Source: the human T2T-CHM13v2.0 reference genome, Homo sapiens. From it: a DNA stretch of 64,000 nt. Positions 1 through 19,200 of this stretch are shown here, piece by piece. A program made the position numbers and the translations under genes. The stretch lies in the NCBI RefSeq assembly GCF_009914755.1, contig NC_060948.1; one strand, 5' to 3'. The notes beneath the pieces were generated by a model that worked only from the letters and a program-made list of their open reading frames with translations, did no database searches and had not been told where the DNA came from. Position 1 is the first letter of the stretch. Every line of letters begins with the position of its first letter.

Positions 1-399
1 CGCCCCAGCAGCCAGAGAGAGTTCTCCTCTGGATCTGCAATATTCCGTATCATCTACCTGGCTTGCCTAATGAAATGAGATGTTTCATGTGCTCCTTGTG
101 GGTCAATGATTTGCCACATTCAGGATGTCAGTTAGGGCACAGGTCTCCCATGCCCGCAATTCCAAAGGCCACGCAGCCCACGTGTGCCTGGACGCAGCGC
201 TACCTGGCACAAGCTCCAAGGGCTTTTCAGAGGAGGGTTACCCCAGGAGGCTGGGACTGCAGGCCAACCTGGGTTGGTGCCGCCCAGGGAGACGCCCACC
301 GCCCTCCGACTGATTGACCGCGGGGGGAGGCGGGTGGTGTTGGCGCGGCTCCTGGCGCCGTTTGCCTGAAGTCTGTTGGGGGAGCCTGGAGCCCAGTGC
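1..399 (+). promoter_or_regulatory. Degenerate TSPY proximal promoter / 5' flank of the first pseudogene
   Basis: Colinear with the reverse complement of 38881-39300 and 59204-59620. For example, catctacctggcttgcctaa and caattccaaaggccacgcagccc have matching counterparts there. GC/CpG-rich near the ATG. Confidence 0.75.
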
Positions 400-1517
400 A
401 TGCGCCCTGAGGGCCCTCCGACCCACAGGCTCCAGTAAGGGCAGCGGCAGGGTTCCTGTGGTGTGGGTCAGGCAGCACAGGCGGTGGTCTGTGGGAGTCC
501 GGAGAAGGGCACTGTCTTCAGGATGGAGGCTGTACAGGAGGGGGCTCCCGGTGCGCAGAGCGGGGAGGCAGCCTTGGAGGAGGAGTTGTGCTGCTGTTAG
601 ACAACATAATGGCGGAGACGAAGGTGGTGGCCCAGGAGGAGGCCGACGTGGAGCTGCAGGAGGAGGACCAACGGGCACAGCCTGGCCCTGGGCCCATGAC
701 CCCAGAGTCTGCACTGGTGGAGCTGCTGGTCGTTCAGGTGGGGCTGGAGCTGGTTAATGCCCGAGCCAGGAATACCTTTTCTCAGGAGAGGAGAAAGATG
801 GAGCAGAGGCGCAAGCCCCAGCTGGACCGCAGAGGCGCCATCATCCAGAGCATCCCTGGCTTCTGGGCCAGTGTTGCATCATTTTCAGTGTTTCTTCTGC
901 CTATCTAGTTGAGAGGTGCTCTTGGGGAAGTGTAAGTAACTGATGGGCAGCTCGGCGTCGATGTGACCATTTGGGGAAGAAACGTGGGTTGCCACGGACA
1001 CATGTGGCTGTAAAAAGCCGGAGCAGAGGCGGGTACTATCTTCCTGCATGCAGCGGAGAAACCCTTCGTGATGCTGAGCATCAGACGTTTGGGGCATCTT
1101 TTTGAAGAGCAGAAGCGAGTTCTCACCAGAACAGGTTTTTCTGTGAATCAAGATATTGTTAAGGGTGTGTGATTGCTCCCCCTTACTAGTCTGATCTGAG
1201 ACTGGGAGTCTTTGGGTATAAGCAGATTCTGCCACTCCTTAGACACCAGGAACTCTCTGCAAATTTCCCCTCCCAATATCAGTGCAGTCAGCCTCAGAAT
1301 TACATACTCTCCGTGAACCCAAGAGTCCTTAATTCAGGGGGAGGGAGAGGGGAAAGGGAGGTCATACATGGAAGCAGATCTGATAAATTCCATACCCCTG
1401 CCTTTGGGTGCTCTTAGGCCTTCTTCCCTGTTGTTTCTAGCTTTTCCTTCCATGGCATCTAAAGCCTCTTTGACCTAAATCAAGATTGCGAACCACCCCC
1501 AGATGTCAGCCTTGATT
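400..1517 (+). pseudogene. TSPY19P: 3'-truncated unprocessed TSPY pseudogene (exon 1, intron 1, first 33 nt of exon 2); probably TSPY19P or its IR3 paralog
   Basis: ATG at 400 reads [12 protein letters not shown] (premature TAA). A later frameshift is followed by [19 protein letters not shown]...[11 protein letters not shown]. The exon 1 donor is GC (gtt|gcatca, 876). Exon 2 starts at 1485 ([11 protein letters not shown]) and homology stops at about 1517. The symbol comes from recalled locus geometry (about 38.5 kb from the next copy, opposite strand). Confidence 0.9.
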
Positions 1518-1878
1518 ATGGGTTTATATGCCCACAGATACATCAATCACATCTCCTGGCACTGCTCTGTAATAGAGAGGCCTGGCCTCTGTGAGTCATG
1601 GTTCCTAGGCTCCCATAAAAATTACTTCCTGTTTCAATTCAGTTGAGGGGTGACAGTGAAGAGACTAGAGAACAAGAAGACTAGAGAAGCCAGTGTGTGT
1701 CCCTCTCCTTCTCAGCAGGGGATATGTTTCTGCAGTGATTCCATGGCCTGCAGGACATGCTCTCTGTTTTCATTTTCTATTTAGTGACCCTAATCCTAGA
1801 ATATTCTAATGCTATTTCCTCCAATTGTCTTCTCTAAAGAATTTGGGTATCATTTTTGGAGACTTAAATAAAAACTAT

Positions 1879-2727
1879 TGATATGGAAGGGGGTAGAGAA
1901 GTGCTGGGTAGGGGAGGGCATGGTCCTTGGTTAGGGCTCCACCCTCAGACCTGTGTTCACTCACATAGGTGAGGACAAACACTTCTGTTTTCTTGTCCAA
2001 ATGTTGCATTTCCCAAGACCACCCTGGCCTGCCACACCTCCATCCTGTGATATAAGAAACTCCGATACCCTAGCAGGCAGTGACATACCCGCAGATGTTG
2101 AGAGGAACATTTCCCAAGACCACCCTGGCCTGCTACACCTCCATCCTGTGATATAAGAAACCTGGAGACCCTAGCAGGCAGTGACATAGCCGCAGATGTC
2201 GAGAGGAACCATCAGCAGAAAAAGACGCAGCAACTGGACCTTGAGAAGACACCAGAGGAAGGAAAGCACAAGGACAGAGGTGGCAGGCCATCCACCTCAG
2301 AAGAACATGGAGTCCCATGGGGCTGTGGGAAGAGAGTCCAGAGCTGCCCCATTCCAAGGGAAACCGACCTTCCTGCTCCATCTCCCTTGTGGGTCCCCAT
2401 CTATCTGCTGAGAGCATCCACTCAATGAAACCTGGCACTTATTCTTCAAGCCCACGTGGGAGCCAATTCTTCAGGTACACCAAGGCAAGAAACCCCGGGA
2501 TTCAGATAGCCCTCTGTGTTTGCAGTAAGGCAGGGTGTCTGATGGAGCTGACTAACTCAAGCCACCTACGGATGGATAAACTAAAATAACACCATGTAAC
2601 ACATGACCTCTGGCAATTCCAGATCTGTGAACATTCATCCCTAGACACTGCCTGGGAGCAGAGCCCCACAACCTGTCCTCATTGCAAGCTCCATTGGGAA
2701 GGGTAAAAGCGATGTTTTCCCGTTTCA
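1879..2727 (+). mobile_element. ERV1-class solo LTR (LTR1/LTR27-like)
   Basis: Termini TG(atatggaagggg)...(cgtt)TCA, with a 4-bp near-TSD ctat/atat. Motif cccaagaccaccctggcctgccac..catcctgtg.tataa...ccctagcaggcag. Contains an internal 101-bp tandem duplication. Subfamily from memory. Confidence 0.7.
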
Positions 2728-5700
2728 ATATAAGTCTGTTTTCAATGCAGTGTGCTTTCTATAATACTGCCGTGTTACCTCATTTCATATATTTGACAAA
2801 ATAAGTTACAAATTATAAGTAATGTGAGAAGAAAATAAATGGTGAAGAGTAAGATAGAAAATGAAACATGTTGTCATTAAGGAATGTGTTTTACTTCATA
2901 TAGCAGAAAAAAGTAAGCATGAATTAAACAAAAAGGGATTTCTGTTTTTCACATGTGAACCAGCCATAGTTAGGCAGTTGCTGCCTTTGATTAGTTGCTC
3001 TGCTACATGGTAGTAGCAGAGCTGCATGGTAGTAGCAGTGAATTTTTGGCTATTTTCTCTAAGGCGAAACCTAGATGAAATTCCACACCATGTTGAATTT
3101 CAACCAGCTGTTCCTAGCCAGATTTGCCCACACCCTGGTTTTCCACAGTCTTATCATCTCCTACTTTATGTGGCTATTTTAACAGTGTATATTTGCTAGT
3201 CATGTGAAACACCTGTCTGAGATTTTCTATGCTCCTGCAATCACCTACTATTTTTCCTATCTCAAATTATGTGCCTTGCTCACTTTTCTCCTCAGGACAC
3301 TATAGGATGTTCTTTAGCTGATTTTTTTAAAAGAGCATTGGTAAACCAGTTTCATTTCCCTCAGATACTTGTGAGAGTTTCTGAGAAACTTATACAAGTC
3401 TCAGCTAAACACCTGGCACTGGACCACTACCCTTTCAGCTGCCTGTTGCTGACTTCTTTCATTAGATAAGATCCCCCAGGCAGCACCTGCTTGTGTTGCC
3501 CTGCCTCCACTTGGTGTCCTAAAGACAATATCTAATGTTTAAAACACCTTAAGTCTTAGATATAGCATAAAGTGTTTATGGGATACAAAACAACAATCAG
3601 ACACAACAGATTGAGTCATTCTTTTTTAAACTCTTATATGAAATTATTTTGTAGTTTGTCTTATTGGAAGTGAGAGACCCAGAGAGTAGAAACAGTGCTT
3701 CCGCTTCATCCACCCTAATGCATCTCAAACATCTGTCTCATCACTTGCTTTCTATGAGATGTCCATGTATGAGCTCCCATAAAATGTTGCATAATTTATA
3801 CAAGCAAATGGTCCTATGGAACAATATTAATTTTTAAAGACAAATCCTCATTCAAAAGTAAAGATTTTCAAAACCAGAAATAATTTACAGAAATGCTACA
3901 AAATGTGGCATAATAATCATAGTGTGGAAATAGAAATTCAGACAAACTTTCATATTGTTACTGAGAGTATTTTTCCTTGAAGAGCTATAGTACTGGCTAT
4001 CTGCATCCCAGTAATATTTTTATTATTTTTTACCGTCTCATAACCAAATGGCCCACAAGGTTAGATTTTCTGTGATAGAGTGTTTGACTAAAGAGTCAAT
4101 AACTCTTGCAACTGAGATCATCCTTAGAAATTAGCTTAGAAATTAGTTGACCAAAATCTCAAAGTTCCCAAGGCCAATCCTTAGGGTTCAATCTCAGACT
4201 GTAATAGTGTTTTCTTCAGAACAGTGGCTTTAAGTAGGCAGATATTTTCACATTTATAATCTATTGGTGGAAAGTCTGGTCTTAAAGTAAGAGCAGCAGA
4301 TGCATCTCTCCTTTCATGACAAGTTTGACACTCAAGAGATGATAAACTTATAGGAAAAAATGGTTTTCTCCATTTTTCTTTAGCTATCTATTCCCAGAAG
4401 AAATTAGAATAAATATATGAATGACATTTTGAAACATTCTGGAAAAAATTAAAGAAGAGCATATTAAGAAACAAAACTTTTGCCAGTATCAGTCTTTGAC
4501 GACAAAGTTAACCACTTCAACTATACAGTATAAATGTATTTACAAATAAAGTGAATGCATAGGGAAATGTTTCTTGCATTGCACCCACTTTCTCCAGTGA
4601 TGTCCTAGCCACTCATTTAAAATGGGTCATTGATTGAATTACAACTATAACCTTAATGCAAATAGTACAGTAGAAATTTTTTTAAAACAGAACACATGCA
4701 CACATTGGTTATTCTTCCAGTTGTACTGTTTCTTTTGTATGGGTGTGTGTATGTCTATGTAATTTTAGAAAGTTATAGAGAATAGATTTCGGGCAAGTAA
4801 TTAGAAAGTAACCAGATTTTATTTGCAATAAAAATGAAAATGGTTAACTTTAATTGAAATTTTAGTAGAACAGTAAAACTGTATAAGAATTTATCCTGCT
4901 CAGGGAAAAGATATGTAGTGTTTTGCAGACTGAAAGAGTTATTTCCTGAGTAACCAAGTGTTGGTATTTACTGCAGAAATAGATTTGTTTTGGTAGATCC
5001 CTGTAGCCAGCTACCTGCAGAGAAGGAAATCCTACTAGAGAGAATTCTAAATAGAATAAATAAATATTCTTTCATTTGGGTGAAGTGTTCACATACGATA
5101 TTCTTTTATATTCATCTATAAACATTTACTTTTAATACACTTTCCAAAAAATTAAAGTAATTATAAAAATTAACAAGAGAATTGTATATTCCTTATTTAA
5201 AATTTTTAGCCTTTTCAAATCTAAGAAGGCCACTGTGAAATACCTGAAAATGAGATATAAAATGGAAAAGAAAAGAAAATCCAGCAGAATGTACCAGATT
5301 TTTTTAATGTGTTGGATGTACATATATCTGTTAGCTTTTAGTGGCAGACAGAGTGCAGTCTACATAATTTTGTTCATAATAGTTGCCTATGCATCATACA
5401 TTCACACATAAATATTATTTCTCTGAAGATTGAAATAGAAAGCTAGTAGAACACAACATGACACATATGCTGAATTACATTTAAGCAAGAGTGAATTATG
5501 TAGTTAAATGATCTCTTCAAGGGGCTTCTTACCACTCTCTCACTAGGTAGTCTAGGGATTAATTAAGTTCCTAAGCTCTTTCAAGCTAAGAAACACTATG
5601 TAGTGCTATACGTTATCTTGGTAACACAAGAGGGAGGCATAAGTGATTTGCAACTTCATAGGCTCTGTGAAATGTGTCTAACCTGATAGACAGTTTTTTT

Positions 5701-6089
5701 CTGACAGTGTTTTATGGATTGGAAAGTGCTTATCAGATTTGAAGGTCGAATTTGCTCTATTAAAATCATGCTAATCTGCAAAATCAATCTTTGTTCTATG
5801 TGTATGTAGAGTGATGTTTCTCAAAATAGAAGAAAACTTGGGATATGATTTGGAAGGTAATATAATGAGGTAGAATTTTGACATCAATTATAACTTATCT
5901 ATTATCGTTTGACTCAGCTAATGCTCTCTTAATTAGTGCAACTGAAGTCTAGTTAATCTGCGTAAAGGTAGAGGAAATTTTGTAACTAATACAATATTAT
6001 GTAACCATGAATCTGTTGCCAAAATACCAGAAAATGTAAAATCTGTGAAAGGGAAAAAAAAAATGCAAAACAGAGGAGGCTTTGGAGGT

Positions 6090-6350
6090 ATTTTTACTGT
6101 AAGGACATTGAAACTTAAGAATTTAAATGATGTTCCCAGGATCACCAGCTGGTAAATACTAGAGTTTCAAACATCAACTCATTTAATTCTTTCAACAACT
6201 TTTTATTTTAAGTACTACTATTATTTGTATGCAACAAATAAGGTGACTGAGGTCCAGGGAAGGTAAGTAACTTGGCCAGGGCCATGTGGCTAATAAGTGT
6301 CAGAGCCAGGATTCAGGCCAAGAAATTTGACTCCAGAGCCCATGCTTTTA
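6090..6350 (+). mobile_element. MIR SINE fragments
   Basis: Core motif actgaggtccagggaaggtaagtaacttggccagggcca...gtcagagccaggattc...tgactccagagcccatgct. Confidence 0.75.
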
Positions 6351-6453
6351 ATTTTACACCATTCTGTCTCTCCAGGAATAGCTGTACTCAGTTTCCAGAC
6401 TTCGCTTTCCTCAACCCCTCCCACTTTTCTTTTCATTATATTGTGTTGCCAAG

Positions 6454-6496
6454 CACACACACAGACACACACACACACACACACACACAGACACAC
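6454..6496. repeat. (CA)n microsatellite
   Basis: Interrupted CA run read directly from the sequence. Confidence 0.95.
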
Positions 6497-7735
6497 GCCT
6501 GCTAAAAAACATATATAACCCCATAAAACATTTAACAAAAACATGTATATGTGTATACATTCTTTGCTTCTCAGTGTGTCTGCAGAATGATGATTGATAA
6601 ATGACTCAAATCAGAGAGCAAAAGAGACTGATTCTGTTTTATCATCAGCCAGAAAAAGGAAGATTCCTTTAGGCATTCTAAGCATAAGGCAAGATGAATA
6701 GTGTGCTAATTAGCTCTAACACTATCAGCCTGCTGTCCTTTGTTTGGGGCCAAGAATAAAAGCGGTTACATTGTGCCTAACAACATGGTCCACTGGCCTT
6801 ATTACAAGGCTCCAAGAAGGATTTTGCAACATAAGCATATGGATATTTTGCAATATTTACAGGGAGTGAAATATATGCTGATTAGCATACAAGCTACAAA
6901 TGTTTCATGTTGTAAGCCTTTTCAATTTCTTTCCAAAGGTATTGCTGCTTATCCTCCACTTGGATATATATTTTTTAATTTGAAGAAAATATTTTACTCA
7001 GTTACAACCTGAGCTATGACTTTTGTAGTGAATTTAAAAGAAAATACCATTAATATAGTATAGTCCAAAGAATATTGTAGAGTCAGAAATCATGAAGTTA
7101 AGTCCCATTTTTGCTCTGCACATTAGTTATCCTTTCTTCATAGCTGGAGAAAATCAAATCATCAGCCACCCTAGTTTAACTTTAATTGTTCTCAAAACTC
7201 AAATTAAGTCTCAATACTTCCTGGAATTTCCACTGTTTTTCTATAGCAAGTTCACTTTTTCACTATCTCTAAACTCATTTTCATATCTTCCCTTTCCTTA
7301 AATTTTATATACCCACCTGTCCCAATCTCATTGTTTCCAATTGTATACCTCACTGAGAAAATGGGAGGAAGCCATGAAAAGAAGCTTGCTCCATATTTTG
7401 ACTGTGACATCTCCAAGCCTGATGTTAATATACCCCTTTTCTTTATTTCAAACCAAGAAAGTGTCCCCATTTCTAAGAGATGGGACAGTCGTTCCACAAT
7501 TGTACTGGGTCCCATTCTTCTTCACTCCCCAAGGATTTTACTCTTTCAGGTGCACCATATTTCTCTTGCAACATCAGTTTCTCCTGTATTGTATCATATC
7601 TGTTAACATTCAAACATGTTAAAAAAATGCCATCTTCAAAATAATATGATAAAATACTTATTTACCCTAAATCCCTATCTACAGTCTAATTTATCTGCTT
7701 TCCTCACTGCAAAACCTGTTATAAGAATTGTTGAT

Positions 7736-7836
7736 GTGGGCGGTGGCTCACGTCTGTAATCCCAGCACTTTGGGAGGCCAAGGTGGGTGGATCACGAGAT
7801 GCAGTCCATCCTGGCAGACACGGTGAAACCCCCCTC
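7736..7836 (+). mobile_element. Alu left arm (element split by an L1 insertion; continues at 9791)
   Basis: gggcggtggctcacgtctgtaatcccagcactttgggagg...ggtgaaacccc. Flanking TSD aagaattgttgat (7723-7735) pairs with aagagttgttgat (9959-9971). Confidence 0.9.
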
Positions 7837-7839
7837 TTC

Positions 7840-9790
7840 TTTTTTTTTTTTTGGAGAGATTAATATTTTATTTTATTTTTTATTTTCTTTTACTTTTTTA
7901 TTATACTTTAAGTTTTAGGGTACATGTGCACAACGTCCACGTTTGTTCCATATGTATGCATGTACCATGTTGGTGTGCTGCACCCATTAACTCATCATTT
8001 AGCATTAGGTATATCTCCTAATGCTATCCCTCCACCTCCCCCTACCCCACAACAGGCCCCAGTGTGTGATGTTCCCCTTCCTGTGTCCATGTGTTCTCAC
8101 TGTTCAGTTCCCACCTATGAGTAAGAACATGCAGTGTTTTGTTTTTTGTCCTTGAGATAGTTTGCTGAGAATGATAGTTTCCAGCTTCATCCATGTCCCT
8201 ACAAAGGACATGAACTCATCATTTTTCATGGCTGCATAGTATTCCATGGTGTATATGTGCCACATTTTCTTAATCCAGTCTGTCATTGTTGGACATTTGG
8301 CTTGGTTCCAAGTCTTTGCTATTATGAATAGTGCCTCAATAAACATACGTGTGCATGTGTCTTTATAGAAGCATGATTTATAATCCTTTGGGTATATACC
8401 CAGTAATGGGATAGCTGGGTCAAATGGTATTTCTAGTTCTAGATCCCTGAGGAATCACCACACTGACTTCCACAACTGTTGAACTAGTTTACAGTCCCAC
8501 CAACAGTGTAAAAGTGTTCCTATTTCTCCACATCCTCTCCAGCACCTGTTGTTTCCTGACTTTTTAATGATCGCCATTCTAATTGGTGTGTGATGCTATC
8601 TCATTGTGGTTTTGATTTGCATTTCTCTGATGGCCAGTGATCATGAGCATTTTTTCATGTGTCTTTTGGCTGCATAAATGTCTTCTTTTGAGAAGTGTCT
8701 GTTCATATCCTTCGCCCACTTGTTGATGGGGTGTTTGTTTTTTTCTTGTAAATTTGTTGGAGTTCATTGTAGATTCTGGATATTAGCCCTTTGTCAGATG
8801 AGTAGATTAGAAAAATTTTCTCCCATTCCGTAGGTTGCCTGTTCACTCTGATGGTAGTTTCTTTTGGTGTGCAGAAGCTCTTTAGTTTAATTAGATCCCA
8901 TTTGTCAATTTTGGCTTTTGTTGCCATTGCTTTTGGTGTTTTAGACATGAACTCCTTGCCCATGTCTATATCCTGAATGGTATGGCCTAGGTTTTCTTCT
9001 AGGGTTTTTATGGTTTTATGTCTAACATTTAAGTCTTTAATCCATATTAAATTAATTTTTTATAAGGTGTAAGGAAGTGATGCAGTTTCAGCTTTCTACA
9101 TATGGCTAGCCAGTTTTCCCAGCACCATTTATTAAGTAGGGAATCCTTTCCCCATTTTTTGTTTTTGTAAAGTTTGTCAAAGAACAAATAGTTGTAGATA
9201 TGCAGCATTATTTCTGAGGGCTCTGATCTGTTCCATTGGTCTATATCTCTGATTGGTACCAGTACCATGCTTTTTTGGTTACTGTAGATTGTAGTATAGT
9301 TTGAAGTCAGGTAGCATGTTGCCTCCAGCTTTGTTCTTTTGGTTTAGGATTGACTTGGCAATGCGGGCTCTTTTTTGGTTCCGTATGAACTTTAAAGTAG
9401 TATTTTCCAATTCTCTTAAGAAATCATTGGTAGCTTGATGGGGATGGCATTGAATCTATAAATTACCTTGGGCAGTATGGCCATTTTCATGATATTGATT
9501 CTTCCTACCCATGAACATGGGATTTTCTTCCATTTGTTTGTATCCTGTTTTATTTCATTGAGCAGTGGTTTGTAGTTCTCCTTGAAGAGGCCCTTCATAT
9601 CACTTGTGAGTTGGATTCCTAGGTATTTTATTCTTTTTGAAGCAATTGCGAATGGGAGTTCACTAATGATTTGGCTCTCTGTTTGTCTGTTATTGGTGTA
9701 TAAGAATGCTTGTGATTTCTGCACATTGATTTTGTATGCTGAGACTTTGGTGAAGCTGCCTATCAGCTTAAGGAGATTTTGGACTGAGAC
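7840..9790 (-). mobile_element. 5'-truncated L1PA (about 1.9 kb, ORF2 C-terminus plus 3' UTR) inserted into the Alu middle A-rich linker
   Basis: Begins ttattatactttaagttttagggtacatgtgc (L1PA 3' end, reverse complement). ORF2 fragments [47 protein letters not shown] and [16 protein letters not shown]. Confidence 0.97.
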
Positions 9791-9960
9791 AAAAATACAA
9801 CAAAAATTAGCCAGACGTGGAGGGTTACACAGGAGAATTGCTTTAACCTGGGAGGTAGAGGTTGCAGTGGGATGAGATCGCACCACTGTACTTCAGCCTG
9901 GGTGATATAATAAGACTCCATCCCCCCTCCAAAAAAAAAAAAGAAAAAGAGAAAAAAAAA
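9791..9960 (+). mobile_element. Alu right arm and A tail (continuation of 7736-7836)
   Basis: aaaaatacaacaaaaattagccag...caggagaattgc...gaggttgcagtg...cagcctgggtga followed by poly(A) and the TSD. Confidence 0.9.
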
Positions 9961-9974
9961 GAGTTGTTGATACT

Positions 9975-10270
9975 CACTTTTTTTCTCAAAATTCTGATCA
10001 CTCCTTAAACCATCCAGATTTCAGTCTGTCCACTCCACTGATCTTGCTTTTGTCAAGGTCATCAGTGACTTCTATATTTCCAATTTAATGGTCACCTATC
10101 ACTCTTAAAGAGTTGGACATCCGTTCTTTGTTTGAACATCTTCTTCCCTTGTCTTTTGTAAAGTCAAGTTTAATTTTGTTTTCTTCCTACCTCACTGACT
10201 TCTCTCATTCTCCTTGACTGGCTCCTACTTAATTCAGCCCCTAAATGTTTGTCCTAGGCTCTCTACTTAT
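9975..10270 (+). mobile_element. L2 LINE fragment (RT region); host of the Alu/L1 nest
   Basis: ccactccactgatcttgcttttgtcaaggtcatcagtgacttc resembles the L2 'HSTETALAKVTNDL' segment. Similar sequence precedes 7720. Confidence 0.6.
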
Positions 10271-10587
10271 TTGTGACATTCACTAGATTCCACCAAACCT
10301 CTGCTTCCAATATGCTGTTTCTTTAACTATATATGCACTATTTTTATTTCCTTCATACTTAGAATTTAACATGGCTGATTAGACATAGTTCGTGGAAAAA
10401 ATATAGTTCTGGATTAGATTGGAAGTTGGCTTCTGATCAGATTTATTCACCTTGAATACTCAGGTTTACAGTGTCTATCTTATAGTCATTAAGTACCAAA
10501 TATAATTTTTAAAGCAGGTTGAATTTATATGAACAGGAACAGAATATGGAAGACAATGGACATCAAGTCTATCAGTTAAGAGTTTGA

Positions 10588-16800
<6,213 letters not shown>

Positions 16801-17289
16801 GTTTGAGTGTTGTAACATCTTAATGTAAGTGAACATGTCCTGAATTAGGTATTTCGTGGAAGTGCAAACGTAACAAACAGCAAAAGGCATTCAAAAATAC
16901 TTGAAAGAGTAGGCAAAAGACTGAATATGAGGTTTATAAAACAGAGAATTGTACCTCCCCATGATTTGTGACCCAAATGACTTGGAGGATAAAATGCTGC
17001 TAATCCTGGTAATGAACACATTTCTCTCTAGAGACTGACTGACTCCAAATTTGAAGCCAAATTTACTTTTATGGCCATGCTTAAACTAACATAATAATAT
17101 ATTGGTCTAATTTCTTCTATGAAATCAGATCGAAAAATAAATAATCTTGTATTCAGACTTTCTGTGTGTTCTGTTTTCATCTTAGTACTGTAGCTTAAGA
17201 TCACTTTGTGACTTTTTCTTGTATTTTCCCAAAGGCTATTGCAAAAGCAAGGAAGTTGTGATCTAGTTTTGTGGCAGAACAAGTATGGT

Positions 17290-17830
17290 CTAGAGGGAAA
17301 ACTGACTTGGAGCAACAGATGTGGTTTTAGACATGTTGAGTTTAAGGTGGTGTCAAGATATTCCATTGAAAATGGAAGTTACAGAACTATGACTGAAGGT
17401 CAGGGAACACTCTGAATGGTGAACGCAGGCTGGAAAGTCATTCAACCATGACATACTGACCTGGAGACACATAGCTAGTGGTATCCTAAATATTTAGGCT
17501 TGGGTTTACATTTTACAACTAGCAGATGACATAATAAAGCCAATCAAAGATGCGAGCAGAAAGGGAAAGAAAACAAGGGAGTGAATAGCCAAGGGACACA
17601 TTTTGCAAGGCTCAGTCAAGTTGACTATACTGAATGTTGTGGAGAGCTGTCAAAGAAAGTAAAGACAGAAGATTTTGTAATGGTAAGGTTGACCTTGAAG
17701 AGTATATTTTCAGTGGAGTAGTAGGGGCAGGATTCTTTTGGAAAATGAAATGAGTGAATAATGATGAAAAGGAGATAAGCAAACAAGAAAAAAGATTAAT
17801 AGCTTTAGGGAGGTGTTTTCAAGGGAAAGT
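17290..17830 (-). mobile_element. L2 LINE fragments
   Basis: ttttagacatgttgagtttaaggtg...gaccttgaagagtatattttcagtggagtagtagggg is the reverse complement of L2 motifs. Confidence 0.6.
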
Positions 17831-18098
17831 ATTTTTTAATAACTTTAATAGCTTATTGCTTTATTCAGTGAAAAATGAGCCTACTGTAAGATTTGAAAAT
17901 ACAAAAAGTACAAAGAAGGACGCAAAAAAAACCATGTGAAATGCAACAATAAAAAAAAAACTACCCTTATTGTTTTGAAAAACATACTTGCAGGTTTCAA
18001 TTAATAGAGCATACAATTCATTGAAAAGAGTATGTTAAATTTTTTTGGAAAATACTTGTTAAACATACAATGTTAATATTGATTAAAATACATTTCTT

Positions 18099-18429
<331 letters not shown>

Positions 18430-18814
18430 TTAGTGAGATGCATGATATTGTTCCTGCCCCCTTCTCATTTACTCTCATTCTCTCTTGTAGACTAGAAAAC
18501 TATTGCTAAATGCCAGAGTGAGACAGCATTCATTATTAATTCAATTTTTACTTTTTTCTCTCTATGGATGGAAGTGTCAAAAAGAGACTTTGTTCCCGTG
18601 AATATGTATATAGGAATGGAAGAATGAATTTTTAAAGCAATTTCACTCAATTCTTTGAATTCTTCATGTATTAAATACCGAAAACTATATACATGACAAC
18701 TGCAAGTCATTCAATTTTGTTGAAACAAGCATTGAAAATTGCTTGACTTAGAAGAGGAGTTACTATTTAGCCTTTAGAAATTGTTCACCTTGTGAAGCCA
18801 ATGCCTTACATTTC

Positions 18815-19200
18815 TAATCTTAAAAGGTAAACTGAGGCACATTTTTAAAGAGTTTGAGCAAGAAATATTCCATGAATTGTGCAGCTCCAAAGTAGAAGCC
18901 ATTCAGGAGCTCCATCAAGGGAAAACAATGGGGAGAATTTTATAAAACACACACAGAACTAAAGCAGATGGTATTTGATTGGTTACAATTACACAGTTGC
19001 CTCATTTGATCAGTCCCATCGGGAAGTCCTAATTATATAAGTTTGTTAACTGCTTCTAATTGGTTGAGTTTACATTCTTTTTTTTAGATATAAACATTTA
19101 CAAGAAAGAGCTGAAGTTAAGTTTTGCTTATGTTTGCGAATCAAGCAAGGTTGAAGTCACTTCTGAGGCCTGTTGTTTTCTTCTAAGAGATTCTTCAGGT
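18815..19200 (-). mobile_element. Probable MER4-group ERV1 LTR fragment (MER51/MER57-like)
   Basis: taaaaggtaaactgaggc...tttaaagagtttgagcaa...tgattggttaca...ttaagttttgctta resembles this group. Recalled, not verified. Confidence 0.4.
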
